From assembly GCA_964187785.1 (NCBI GenBank), contig OZ076409.1:59212001-59276000 (forward strand): a stretch of 64,000 bases of DNA. Reading direction: 5' to 3'. Below, one piece after another: positions 1 through 12,000 of the stretch (position 1 is the stretch's first letter; the number at the start of each line of letters is the position of its first letter). The stretch is from Amphiscolops sp. MND2022 (Eukaryota). The notes below the pieces were generated by a model. The model was not told the origin of the DNA, did not search any database, and saw only the letters and a program-made list of their open reading frames with translations. The translations under genes and the position numbers were made by a program.

Positions 1-520
1 CGTCTAAAGTCGGCGCTATATCTAAAGCTCAAAAAGCGCAAAGTTTTTAAAATTGTAAAAGGGGGACCCTTTCGACTTTTTGAAAATCCAGATTGTTGCA
101 AAATATCAAAGTTGAAGGGGGACCCTTTGGAGACATTTAAAAAATTCGAAAAACGAAAAATGAGAATTTTGAAAGTCTCACAGTGCCGATAAACTACAAA
201 GGGGGGACCCTTTGGGCTTTTTGAAACTTCAGTTTGCTGCAAAATATCAAAAAACTTGAAGGGGGACCCTTTGGCGACAAAAAATTCAAAGGGGGTACTC
301 TATAGTCCCGTCCGGTTTTGTATCTTCCGTTAAAAATTGAGTACACGGAAGGGGGACCCTTTGCACTACCTTAAATGCGTTTCCGCTTGCCTGTCCAGTA
401 GTTTAGTAGTTCTGTAGAAAAAGTGTCCACTACGCATACATTGTTGTCTGACGAAAAAAAAAGAAAAAAACTTGTAACTGTAATAGTCGGGCTCATTTTG
501 TTAAAATGCGCCGACTAAAA
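1..520 (-). mobile_element. HINE/Helentron-like family A copy
   Basis: AGTCGGCGC at 8 and GCGCCGACT at 507; internal GGGGACCCTTT repeats. Confidence 0.75.
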
Positions 521-654
521 ATGGGTATTAGGTGGATGCATTATATTGGTCATCACTGGTTGGCACTTTTGAGTTTCAACGTGAATTTCAAGGCTGGTTT
601 AGAAGCTGATCTTGAGGAGTGGTCCGAAAGGGAAGGCCTACACCCAGTTTTTTT

Positions 655-1787
655 TAGTCGGCGCTTTTCCATTAAGGGAAAAATGCCCGACTATAGCAGT
701 GACTGTTTTTAGTCGGCGCGTTTTCCTTTTAAGGAGAAATGCCCGACTATAGCAGTGACCTTTTTTTCAGACTACAATCCTCACACTGATCGGTCCACTT
801 TTTAGAAACAATCCTGAAACCACCTAAGGCGCCCAGTCCGGCAAAGGGGCCAAGGCAAACTTAGTGCAAAGGGTCCCCCCTTTCATTTTTTACTTTTTCA
901 AGGTAACCTACAAAACCGGACGGGACTAAAGAGTCCCCCCTTTCGATTTTTTTTCGGCACTGTGCGACTTTTTTCTCGAATTTTTTTTTGTCTCCAAAGG
1001 TTCCCCTTTCATTTTTTCACTTTTTTAACGTAACCTACAAAACCGGCCGAGGCTAAAGGGTCCCCCCTTTTGATTTTTTTTCGGCACTGTGCGACTTTCG
1101 AAAATTTTTTAATGTCCCCAAAGGGTCCCCCCTTTGAGTTTTTTGTTATTTTGCAACAGAATGCATGTTTGGAAATCAAAAAGGGTCCCCTCTTTTACAT
1201 TTTTCGGCACTGTGCGACATTTTCCGAAAGGAATTTTTTTTTGAAAATTTCAAGTTTTTTCCAAAAAAATGTTTTGCGCTTTTTGAGCCTTAGATATAGC
1301 GCCGACTTTAGACGTTCCCGTCTTGTTTTTTCTTCAGACTACAATCCTCACAATGATCGGTCCACTTTTTAGAAACAATCTTGAAACCACCTAAGGCGCC
1401 CAGTCCGGCAAAGGGGCCTAGGCAAACTTAGTGCAAAGGGTCCCCCCTTTCATTTTTTACTACTTTCATTTTTTTCAAGATAACCTACAAAACCGGACGG
1501 GACTAAAGAGTCCCTCCTTTAGAATTTTTTTTCGGCACTGTGCGACTTTTTTTCGAAAATTTTTTTGTCCCCAAAGGGTCCCCCCTCTGAGTTATTTTGC
1601 AACAGAATGCATGTTTGGAAATCAAAAAGGGTCCCCTCTTTTACATTTTTCGGCACTGTGCGACATTTTCCGAAAGAAAAAAATTTTCGAAAATTTCAAG
1701 TTTTTTTCGAAAGTTTTTTTCCAAAAAAAATGTTTTGCGCTTTATGAGCCTTAGATATAGCGCCGACTTTAGACGTTCCCGTCTTGT
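655..1787 (+). mobile_element. HINE-like family A, doubled 5' end and tandem-duplicated body and 3' end
   Basis: 5' ends at 657 and 711; 3' ends GCGCCGACT-TT-AGACG-TTCC-CGTCT-TGTT finishing at 1327 and 1787. Confidence 0.8.
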
Positions 1788-2240
1788 TCATGAGAACACC
1801 AGCCGCAGAAAGTCAAAAAATTAAGAACCTTTTAAGAACACTACCGAGGCTCAAATTGGAATTCAATTGAAAACAACTTTAAATTACATCAACAAAATAA
1901 ACTTCAGCACCTACTATTTCAGAAGGACTATTATAGTCAATTGAATTCTTGCAAGGTTTTGTTGTAGTATGCAATTTTTCCTGCGTGCCCAACATACGGA
2001 GCCCGAACAGAGCGGCCCATATTCTGATCACTTGTATCCCAGTTATCCTCGTAGTCAACTCGTTTTTCGTTTTCGTCGTCAATTTACGCGTTGTAGTGAA
2101 AAGCTTCCGATTTCTAGAAATAAATAAGAACACCTCGAGCCTCAAATTGTCGAAAATTAAAGAACATAAGAACTTTTTGAGCCTCATTTTTCCGGGTTTT
2201 TAAGAACAATTGAGCATCGATCTGTAGGTAATGTTCTTAT

Positions 2241-2770
2241 AAACAAGCCGAGAACGGCCAAAGTCGGCGCCATATCTAAGGCTCAAAATTTGAAAGGGGG
2301 ACCCTTCGGGCTTTGTGAAACTCCAGCTAGTTGCAAAAAATTTTAAAAAATTGAAGGGGAGACCCTTTGGAGACATGAAAAAATTTCCCAAAAAAAATTT
2401 TTTAATGAGATTTTTGAACAGTGTCACAGTGCCGAAAAATGTAAAGGGGGGGACTTTTTGCGATTTTTTGACATCCATTGTGTTGCAAAATATCGAAACA
2501 AATGAATGCACCCTCTGATGCAATCCAAAAAACTTCAAAAAAAGTCGCATAGTGCCGAAAAAAAGTGGGGCTAAGGTGGGATCTTTGGACGTCTGTTTTG
2601 TTTTTTCTTTTCGTTTTGGACGCGCTTCTGAGGTTGGAGTTGTTGGGGTTTGAAGTTGTTGAGGTTTGAAGTTGTTGAACAAATGAACAAAAAAGTGGAC
2701 CTTACGCGTCTAAAAAAACTACCCGCTGTAATAGTCGGGCACATTTTCTACTAAAATGCACCGACTAAAA
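2241..2770 (-). mobile_element. HINE-like family A copy
   Basis: AAACAAGCCGAGAACGGCCAAAGTCGGCGCC at the left; CCGACTAAAA at the right. Confidence 0.75.
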
Positions 2771-2838
2771 ACTGGGTGTAGTCATAATTTAGTATTTTGA
2801 ATACCTTCAATTAGTTGATTTCACATAAAACTGCTTAG

Positions 2839-3027
2839 GGGTTTCTGTTTCTTCGGGAGGCCTCTGTGAAGGCGAGCTCTCTACAGCCTCACCAACTGAT
2901 CATCAAGTCGCACAGTGGCCACGAACAGCAGTGGAGCATCTCTAGTGGTCTAGACAGGAATGGAGACCGCACCCTCAGACAGAAATGGGTCACTGCTCTG
3001 CAACTGCACATAGACTACGCCAATAAG
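2839..3027 (+). CDS. OSBPL1A: OSBPL1A-like exon, end of PH domain (not in the ORF track)
   Basis: Acceptor cttag|GGG; translates GFLFLREASVK...RQKWVTALQLHIDYANK; donor AAG|gcaagt (GC donor). Confidence 0.75.
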
Positions 3028-6000
3028 GCAAGTGCCAATGTTTGAGAAACATATGCTTGAGATATGGATGAAATTCATTGAGAGGTAAATGCCAAATTGA
3101 GTTGTTGACGATTTTGTGACACTCATTCCTACAAAGACGTAGCTTTTGTAAAAAATGATCAAAACATACCGGCTTCTGATGAAAAGTTGAACGTTATTTC
3201 GAAAAAGTTAATGGCTGAGGCTCAAGAAAAAACTTACGCGTCAAGTTGAATAAGTTTTGAGATTTTCGCAATTTTTAACGAAAGTATCAATGTGTTTATG
3301 GACCGTTTTGATACTCTCTCAGTTCCTGAAAGATGCACCATCAGACTAGAAGAGAAAGATGATAGTGCGGTGCATGTCTCTAGGTTCATCTATCCTTTTT
3401 TTCCAGGCTTACCCAGAGGTGGAAAACGTAGCCAACCCCAGTCAGATTAGGAGCAAGTCGAGGCCTTCTTGGGACACCAACTGCAGTGAGCCCAATCTCA
3501 GACCGATAAGTGAGTTCTTACCATCGTTTATTTTTTTGCATCGAATGGCTTTGGAACGAGTGTTCTACTACAGTGTAAGCCGAATATAACGACAGTTGAA
3601 TATGCACCAGAGGTGACCAGTGAATATGATCATAAGAAAAGTCCTATGTACAATCTTTACACTTGCGATAAGCAAGTGTTATGGGAAAGTGCGGGTGCTT
3701 TTTTTCCGCGCGACAACTCTCTCGTTTCAGCCCGCAAGTCGCATAGTTCAGGCGTTCGCGGTTTAGTGGTAAGATGCTTGCTTTTCAACCCAGAGGGTTC
3801 GTGTTCGAACCCGTGCGTATGCGCTATTTTTTACAAGTAATCTGAAGCAGAAGATTCTCACTTCGGCACTGTGAGACCCTCCCCTTTTCGGCTTTGTGAG
3901 ACTTGTTTTCCAAATTTTTTAAATATCCCCAGAGGTTCCTCCCTTCATTTTTTTGTTTATTTGCAACAGAACGAATGTTAAAAAATCCCAAAGGGTCCCG
4001 TCTTTCAGATTTTTCGGCACTATGAGACTGTTAAAATTCTCATTTTTTTTTCGAAAACTTTTCGAAGTCTCCAAAGGGCCCCCTTCAATTTTTTTTAATT
4101 TCGCAAAAGAATGGATGTTAAGAAATCTCAAAGAGCCCCCTTTTACAGTTTTCGGCATTGTGAGATTTTTCAAAATGAATTATTTTTGTCTTAAAATTAG
4201 GTTTTCTCAGGCCCAGCACTCTATATCCGATTTTTTTTGTAAAGACCGGTGTTTTTTTTCTTTTTGTCTAATTTGTTTTCATCGAAGCCCCCTCAATTTT
4301 TACTAGAAACCAAACGTTTTGCGAGCATAAAGGACTGCTCAAGGTTTTCGGCACTATGCGACTAACAGGAGACCAATTTTTTTCGAAAAATTTCAAAAAA
4401 AATTTCCTCAATGTTCTGTTTTTTTTAAAGGTTTTCGGTTCAGAATGAATTTTGGCGCTGTAAAATTGATGAAATTGTAACAATATCCTTTTACCTTTGG
4501 TTCTCCGTATGATATTGCTTATTTGGTTTTCTTCAAAAAGTTCGCAACTTTCTTCGCAAGTGTTTGCGAAGCACGGCTTCGCCTCTGTGTATAAATATCA
4601 TTTCGCAAAAATGGGGTTTCATAGGAAACCTTATTGTTAGGATCCTGTGAAGCGTCCCTCTTCGATTTTTAGGATTAATATCTACAAATATTACCACCTC
4701 GATGAAACAAAATGATTTCCATTATCGATTAGTAGTTTCAATTTTTTTAAAATTTCGTCATCTGAGGGAACGTTGAGAATGAAAATGCTTTCCGTAGCAA
4801 CTTGAAATAGGTCTGATTACTACAATACACACTTTTTTTTTCGCTTAATGAATTCTGTGAATATATCCTTTATATTCGCTGTAACGTGAATTTACCCTTT
4901 ATATAGGGTACTGTTTATAGATTATTCACCCTGTAACAGTCAACTTTGACATGCGCCTCTAATTAAGCGCGGCTGTCATAAGCGATTAGATTTTATAATC
5001 GGTGAAGCACTAGCCATACTTCCGTTTTCTTTTTTTCTCGAGAGTTTGGGATTTGTTAAAACTAATTTCTGTATATGGTCTTTTCGAGCTCTGCTATTCC
5101 ACGTTTCCTTGATGATTACTGAAACTCCTGTTTTTTTGTAACTGTTGCCATTGATTTCCACGTGAATGATTATTTCATCAAAGTATATTGATCTTGGATG
5201 TATCAACATTCAGTTGCCAAATTGTTTTGGTGGATTTAACTTCGGCGAACTTTTCGCAACGTTTTTTGGTCTTGGAAAATTTCAAATTCCCTGTATCATT
5301 CCACAGTTTTTCAGGCAGTGTTCGCGACACCCTTCTTAACGCTCAAGGTTTAGTGAAACTCCTGGAATCGCAAGTGTCCGAAATGGCCTCTACCATTGGC
5401 GGTCTGGGTTCTTACTCAGCCTCACTGGACCCCACTTCTCGCAGGATGATGGAGCCCGAGTCAGCTTCGATGGGCGCGGGAGGAGCTACAAGTTCGGGCA
5501 TGGCTGGCACTTCGTTGACCGAAAGCCGACTTTGTTCTAATCACTTCAAAGTTCTCAGGCAGATGATAGACGTGAGCGAGTTGTCAAGAAATGTAACCAC
5601 CAGTTTAGAACAGTGTATGCTGGTCATGTCGCAGCAAGAAGAGTATCGTTTAGGTTGGTCACATTTCTTTATCTAAGTGTGAAGGTCCTTTTCTTGCAAC
5701 ACTTGGAAAAAGGCAAGAAAGCGCAAATGATAGAGCATTTATTAGAGCATTTGGCGATCATAAGTTAATAGAATAGATTAGTTACTCTGTTTGATCTGAT
5801 CTCAACAAAGTGAGGAAACTAAGACTTGGTTGTTTGACAGAAGCTACTTGGTCATTAAGATGTTATCAATGATGTTGATGACGTGGTTCCGCTTTGGTTT
5901 GTTGAATCTGTACTAATTTGGAGTGTTTCAGAGATCTAGATTTAGAGGGCGAGTAGAATAATGATACGAATGACGAAAGGAATGATATTAACCCTGATGA

Positions 6001-9000
6001 TAAAAGAAGATGCCCGTATCTTCATAACGTCATTTGGGTTCTCTCAAATGACTCAAGCTATTGTCTATCTTCCTTTTTGTTGTTCTCCTGTGTCGTAGTA
6101 GTTTGAAGTTGGCTCACATCCATGCATGCATGCACTCTAATTCTGACGTCACTGCAAAAAGTGAAACAAGGCTCAAAAGTCCTTCATGTTTGCTAGGAAG
6201 CTGTTTTTGTGAATAAAGTGAAAAATCACTGCTGGAAAGGTTTTGAAAGAACCATTTTCAGCTGTTTTTAGTCGGCGCTTTTCTAGTGAAAAGACCCCGA
6301 CTATTACAATGGCTAGTTTTTTTTCGTCAGACTTTTCATTCATCGCGTATGTACCACTTTTTGTGAAAGATTCACTTTTACCAAAAGTAATCAGTACTTG
6401 ATTTTGAACGCATCCAAAGGCCTCTACCTTGAAATGCAAAACCCAGAAGGGTCCCCTCTTTCAATTTTTCGGTGCTATGAGACTTTCCCCGCCCCTTTTC
6501 GGCTTTGTGAGACTTTTTTCGAAATTTTTAAAGTCTTCAAAGGGCCCCCCTTCTATTTTTTTGGTGTTTTGCACCTGAATGGATGTTGAAAAAGCCTAAA
6601 GGGCCCCTTTTACATTTTTCGGCACTATGAGACTGTTAAAAATTCTCATTTTTTGTTTTTTTGGAAAATTGTAAAAAAAATTCGAAATTTTTCAATGTGT
6701 CCGAAGGGTCGCTCCTTCATTTTTTTTTGATATTTTGCAACAAATTAGATTTTCAAAAAGCCCAAAGAGTCCCCCTTTCTACAATTTTAAAAACTGCGCT
6801 TTTTGAGCCTTGAATATGGCGCCGACTTTAGACGTTCCCGTCTTGTTGCTTCTATATGGTTGCAAATTGTCAAAATTTATAAAGGGAGGTGTGAAAATAA
6901 TCAGATAATTCTGTGTCCAATAACAGGAGTCCGATTGATTTTTTTAAAGAATAATTTTCGTCACCATAATCTAGTTCTAAGAGGGTTTGTACGTTAAGTG
7001 CATTGTCATTCGAGGCTTGTTCAGAGGTAGCTATTGACAATTTTGAAGGACAGTCACGCGGGACACCCCCTGTCTAGTTGGATGTTATATGTAGTAGTTT
7101 GGAAATCAAGTCAGATCTTCCATCTAAAACGGTATTGTGGAATGCCCAATGGCAAAGCATGATAACAAAATAAGCATCAAACTTCATCAGTTTTTCTCTT
7201 GAATTATCTCTTTCGGTTTTGAACTTTCTGAAATTATGTGTAAGGAACTGATAACTTTTATTGACTAGTTTTTCTTTAGATACGTCATCTTAGATGTTAA
7301 GGTTTCAAAGTTTCAGATTCACTGTTGTGCAAAATTAACTCGATTGGTTAACTATAATTAGACTGACTGGTTTCAATTCTCTTTTCAGTTCAAGTCCATT
7401 CATAGTAACTAAACATGAGTACCATCTATCTGATATCTGTGAATTATTCTCTGCTCTTTTCGCTTGTCGTGTTTCTGCTTGGAAGGGTTTAATTTTCAGT
7501 TTCTCCTTAATGAAGATGTGGTTATTCATTTTTATACAAATTCATTGGATGCAAATTCATTTCAGTAATTGATGATTTGTTTATCACCAAATGTATTGAA
7601 AGCTTTTTCTGATATGAATTCCAAACGTCCAGGAGAAAAGTGAAAGTGAAGGTATGTCAAAGAGTACGAGGGTGTCATGAACACTCACTTCTGCAGAGCT
7701 TTTTATAGTCTCATTTTGGTTCCATGAAAATAAATATAGAAAACCGGAGAAATTACTAACACATCATATCACGAAGTTAAGCATTGCTTGTTCAAGTAAA
7801 ATTTAGTAAAGATTCACATCCCAAAAGATACGCTGTGGAGTTGTTCATTGGATAATCTTCCCACTTTCTCAGCCTACACGAAACGCCGAAAGTTGCTACA
7901 TCGGGCATATCTTGATAGATAGATGATATTCAGCATGTCTCGTAATTTTTGACCTAGAAATTTGAAAAACCCGAATGTTCGCCGCATTGAATTTCGAGGA
8001 ACTTTTTGTTCGAATCTCTGCTTTTAGAAGTTGTGTTCTTCGAATTTTCTCACGAAACATTAATCACGCTAATGAATATGAATCGCTCAGTGTTATGTTG
8101 TAACGTAGCCTTTCAGCACCATTACACGGGTTGCACTTTTTGGAACTGCGGATTTTTTCCTTTATCACTTGTAATATGTAGTTGCATTTGCCTCGTTTTA
8201 CAAATTGTTTCTATAATCCCAGTGTGGTTGCCAGTAATGAGCACCATTTCGATTTTGTCGTTTTGGTTATTACGTCGGATGCGTTCACTAAATTTTAACC
8301 CGGTTGATCTTCAGCGCTGTATACAATTTGAGCTTGAACCTATCAGTGTTATTCGCGTAACCGTTTTTATTCGGAAAGTAGCCACACCTGGATAAGAGTC
8401 TGAAATGTTTCTTTCCAGTTCAATTTCCTGTTCGAATAGAAATGAATATTTTTGTTGGTCGAGTGGTGAAAAATATATTGGGAAGTTTTTTGCGGATACA
8501 GAAATGTTATTGAGCCCCGGAGGGACCGAGTTTGATTTTAAAAACTGAAAGGTAGATTTTTAAAAATATATAATTGGTGCTGACGTAATTGCACAGACGT
8601 TCCTGGGTTGTCACTTGGTTAATTGCTTCTTGAACTTTTCATCATTTCCGCAAAATGGAAAATGCATTTATGAAGCACCTAGCAGTGAAGACAAAGTGTC
8701 TGTTCTTGAGGAAAGCTTCGAAGTGTATTTGGTTTCAGGTTACTAAGTTTGTTTTCAGTATATAAATATAACGCGACTGTTTTATAGATTTTTTCAATCC
8801 TATCTAAGTGACCAAAAAAGTTAACCATAAGCATAAAAATATGAATCTCCTCCTCAAATTTTGACATTTTACTTCGTATTACAAAGCTTTTACTTCGTGT
8901 TTTTGGTCCCCCCTTTCATTTTTCTTCGGCACTGCGAGACTTTTTTTCTCGAAAAAAAATTTTCCCCAAAGGGTCCCCCTGCATTTTTTTGACGTTTTGC

Positions 9001-12000
9001 AACAAAATGGATGTTGAAAAACTCAAAGGGTCCCCCTTTCAGTTTTTCTGCATTGTGAGACTTTAGCGCGCCACTCGGTCCTTTTTTTCGAAAAAGTTTC
9101 GATTTTCGAGTACTGTAAAAGAGAATACTTGACACTTGGAAGTCTTTTTGCTATTTTCGAGCCTTGGATATGACGCCGACTTGAGCCGGTCCCGGCTTGT
9201 TTTCAATCCACATGAACTGACCAAAATAGTTCTCAAAAGTTCTACGAAATTTTATGGTCACAAATTGAATCATTTGGCGTAGCGAACTGAACCAAAAAGG
9301 TTTTCCCTCTTTTTCCGCGTAACATACAATACCGAGAGAGACTAAAGGGTCCCCCTTTCAGTTTTTTCGGCATTGTGCGACTTTTCGGAATTTTTTTTCC
9401 ACCAAAGGGTCCCCCTTCAATTTTTTGATGTTTTGCAACCTTGGATGTTACAAAATGCGAAAGGCCCTTCTTTTAGAGGGCCAGGGGCCCGCGCTAGCGG
9501 GCACCTGGCGCCCCAGTTCTCGGTCGTTTGGGTTTTTCGCGAGTTTGATACACTTTTTGTGAGTTTGATTCTTTGAGTTTTGGACACTTTTATGTCCTTT
9601 TGCTATATTTGAGCCTTAGATATGTCGCCGACTTATGCCGTTCCCGGCTTGTTTTTAGTCGGCGCTTCATGAAGTGAAACGCGACTATTATAGTGACTCT
9701 TTTTTTTCTATCCACACGAAGAACTGACCAAAATAGTTCTTAAAAGTTCTACAAAATATTATTGCACCAAATTGCACTATTTGGCCTAGCGAACTGAACC
9801 AAAAAGTTTTTCCGCGTAACATTCCGCGTTCCCCCCTTTCATTTTTTTTTCGGCACTGCGAGACTTTTTTCGAAAAAAAAATTTCCCCAAAGGGTCCCCC
9901 CTGCATTTTTTCATGTTTTGCGACAGAATGGATGTTGAAAAACCTCAAAGGGTCCCCCCTTCAAGTTTTTCGGCATTGTGAGACTTTAGCGCGCCACTCG
10001 GTCCTTTTTTCGAAAAAGTTTCGATTTTCGAGTACTGTAAAAGAGAATACTTGACACTTGGAAGTCTTTTTGCTATTTTTGAGCCTTGGATGTGGCGCCG
10101 ACTTGGGTCGGTCCCGGCTTGTTCTAATTTTCAGTCGGCGCTTTATGAAATAAAATGCGACAATGATAGTGGCCTTTCGTCGTGTTTTTTTTTCAATCCG
10201 GTCGTAGAGACCATTTCGTGCCGAATGTCAATGTTTGTGCCGGATACCGAAATAATTCAATGGATCCTCCCGTTTTATATGTCATCCCTTTCTTTTTCAA
10301 CATGTGTATGTGGATTTCAAGCTATTTGTAACTTCAATTGCGACACCGTGTGCTTTTTTTTCGAAAATTTGAATTTTCACAAAAAAGCCCCTCTGTTTTG
10401 GCATTTTTAGTTATGAAAACTTTCAAGCCCAAAGAATCCCTTTTCGTGTTTCGTTTTGGCACTGTGCGACATCATTCACATGGTGTGCATTCAGTATTTT
10501 TGAAAGTCAATGAAGCTTTTTCAAGCCCAAAGACACAGCTTTAGATTTTTTCTACTGTAAGATTGAGAATTGTCCAAAAACAGTTCCTTTGGAGTACATT
10601 GCGCATTTTGAGCCTTGAGCAGTACGTTCCCAATTTACAGAGCGAATTACAAAGCCTGTTGAGACCAAAAGGTCCTTTTGTTTTTTTTTTGCATTGAGTC
10701 TTTTTTTCAAACTTTTGTGTGCGAGGAGCCCCTCCTCGGTTTTTCAAAATCTTTTGTTTGAGCTCAAAGTGCCATCTTTGGATATTTTTTGACACTGTGT
10801 GATTTCGAATTTTTCCGAAAAACAGCCACTTGACATATTTAAAAGACTTCCGGTTGCAAAGAAGCGATAGTCTAGTGGTAGAAAAAGCGTTTTACGAGCT
10901 TAAAACTCCTTTTTTGGCACTATGGGACTTTTTCCGAAAAGTTTGTGGTCTGAAAATTGTGTTTTTCGATGTTTCCAGTTAGAGAAAAAGCGGTCTTGGA
11001 GCCTTATAGGCAGGGTTCGCATGTTTAAAACATGCCGTGTTTAAAACGCGTTTTAAACATGTTTTAAACAGAGTTTTAAACATGACAAAAACCTTCATTT
11101 TGTTCAATTGTTTATGTATTTCAGTTATAGATATTTTCAAGTTCCTAAAATCGCAAGTAATCTTGGGTAATTTGGCGGAAGACATCAAGGAAATTGCCGA
11201 TGCGCTTCTGGTTTTTATTCGAAGTTCGGCAGGCTTGGAACCAGTTTTCAGCACCCTGGGCTTCGTCCACAATTAAACACGGAATCGACTCTCAATTGAG
11301 AAAGCCAACGAACTTGCTTTCTGTCTTTGCATTCTGCATTGAACTCAGTTTTTAGGTCGTTTTGTGTTAGACATATTTATGTGATAGATCTAGAGTTTTG
11401 AACATGTTTTAAACAAAAATTTTTAATGTTTTAAACGTTTTAAACACGATTTTTTCAAAATCTTGTTTTTTTCCGAACCCTGCTTATAGGTATCCCTTCG
11501 GGTATTTTTTGGCACTGTAAAATTTATAAAAATTTCTACAATTGTGTCCCTTAGCATATTCAAAAAACTTTGCTCTTTCTGAACCTTGATCGGACGCCGA
11601 CTTGGGTCGTTCCCGACTTATTAAAATCAGCTCGCACCTACCTAGCCTTTTGTTTTTCGAGAAAAGACTGCACGCCCTCCATTGTATTTGTTCAGTATTG
11701 GATCTGGCTTGCCTGGAACTGTTACAATCTTGATGTACAAATGTTTTTGTTTCCAAATTTGAACCGTTCAATCTGAAATAACATCCTTTTGAGCTCTTAT
11801 TAAAGTTCTTTTGAAATGGGGGGAGAGGGGTACTGGCTTTATACAAGTTGCTTTCAAAAAGATATGAAATGGTGCCAGCTTGCCTGCATAAATTCTTGAA
11901 GTTGAAAGCATGTTGAAAACGATGAAACATGCGGCAAAACATGCTCCTTAATGCATATCAACAGTTGAACGTAAGTGCACTGCTGATGGTCAGTTCAATT

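Noticed and set aside
1070..2682. Many F/K-rich ORFs ending LSLRYSADFRRSRLV or similar, also at 6803, 10051, 32556, 33601, 41812 and 59710
   Set aside because: They are translations of the non-coding HINE-like repeat. Frames and homopolymer lengths vary between copies, so this is not a gene family.
3751..3823. Functional tRNA gene
   Set aside because: A and B boxes are present but the anticodon and acceptor stems are poor, and it lies within a mobile element.
7300..8480. Possible decayed coding sequence on the minus strand, and ORF 8006-8395
   Set aside because: No recognisable motif or consistent splice structure.
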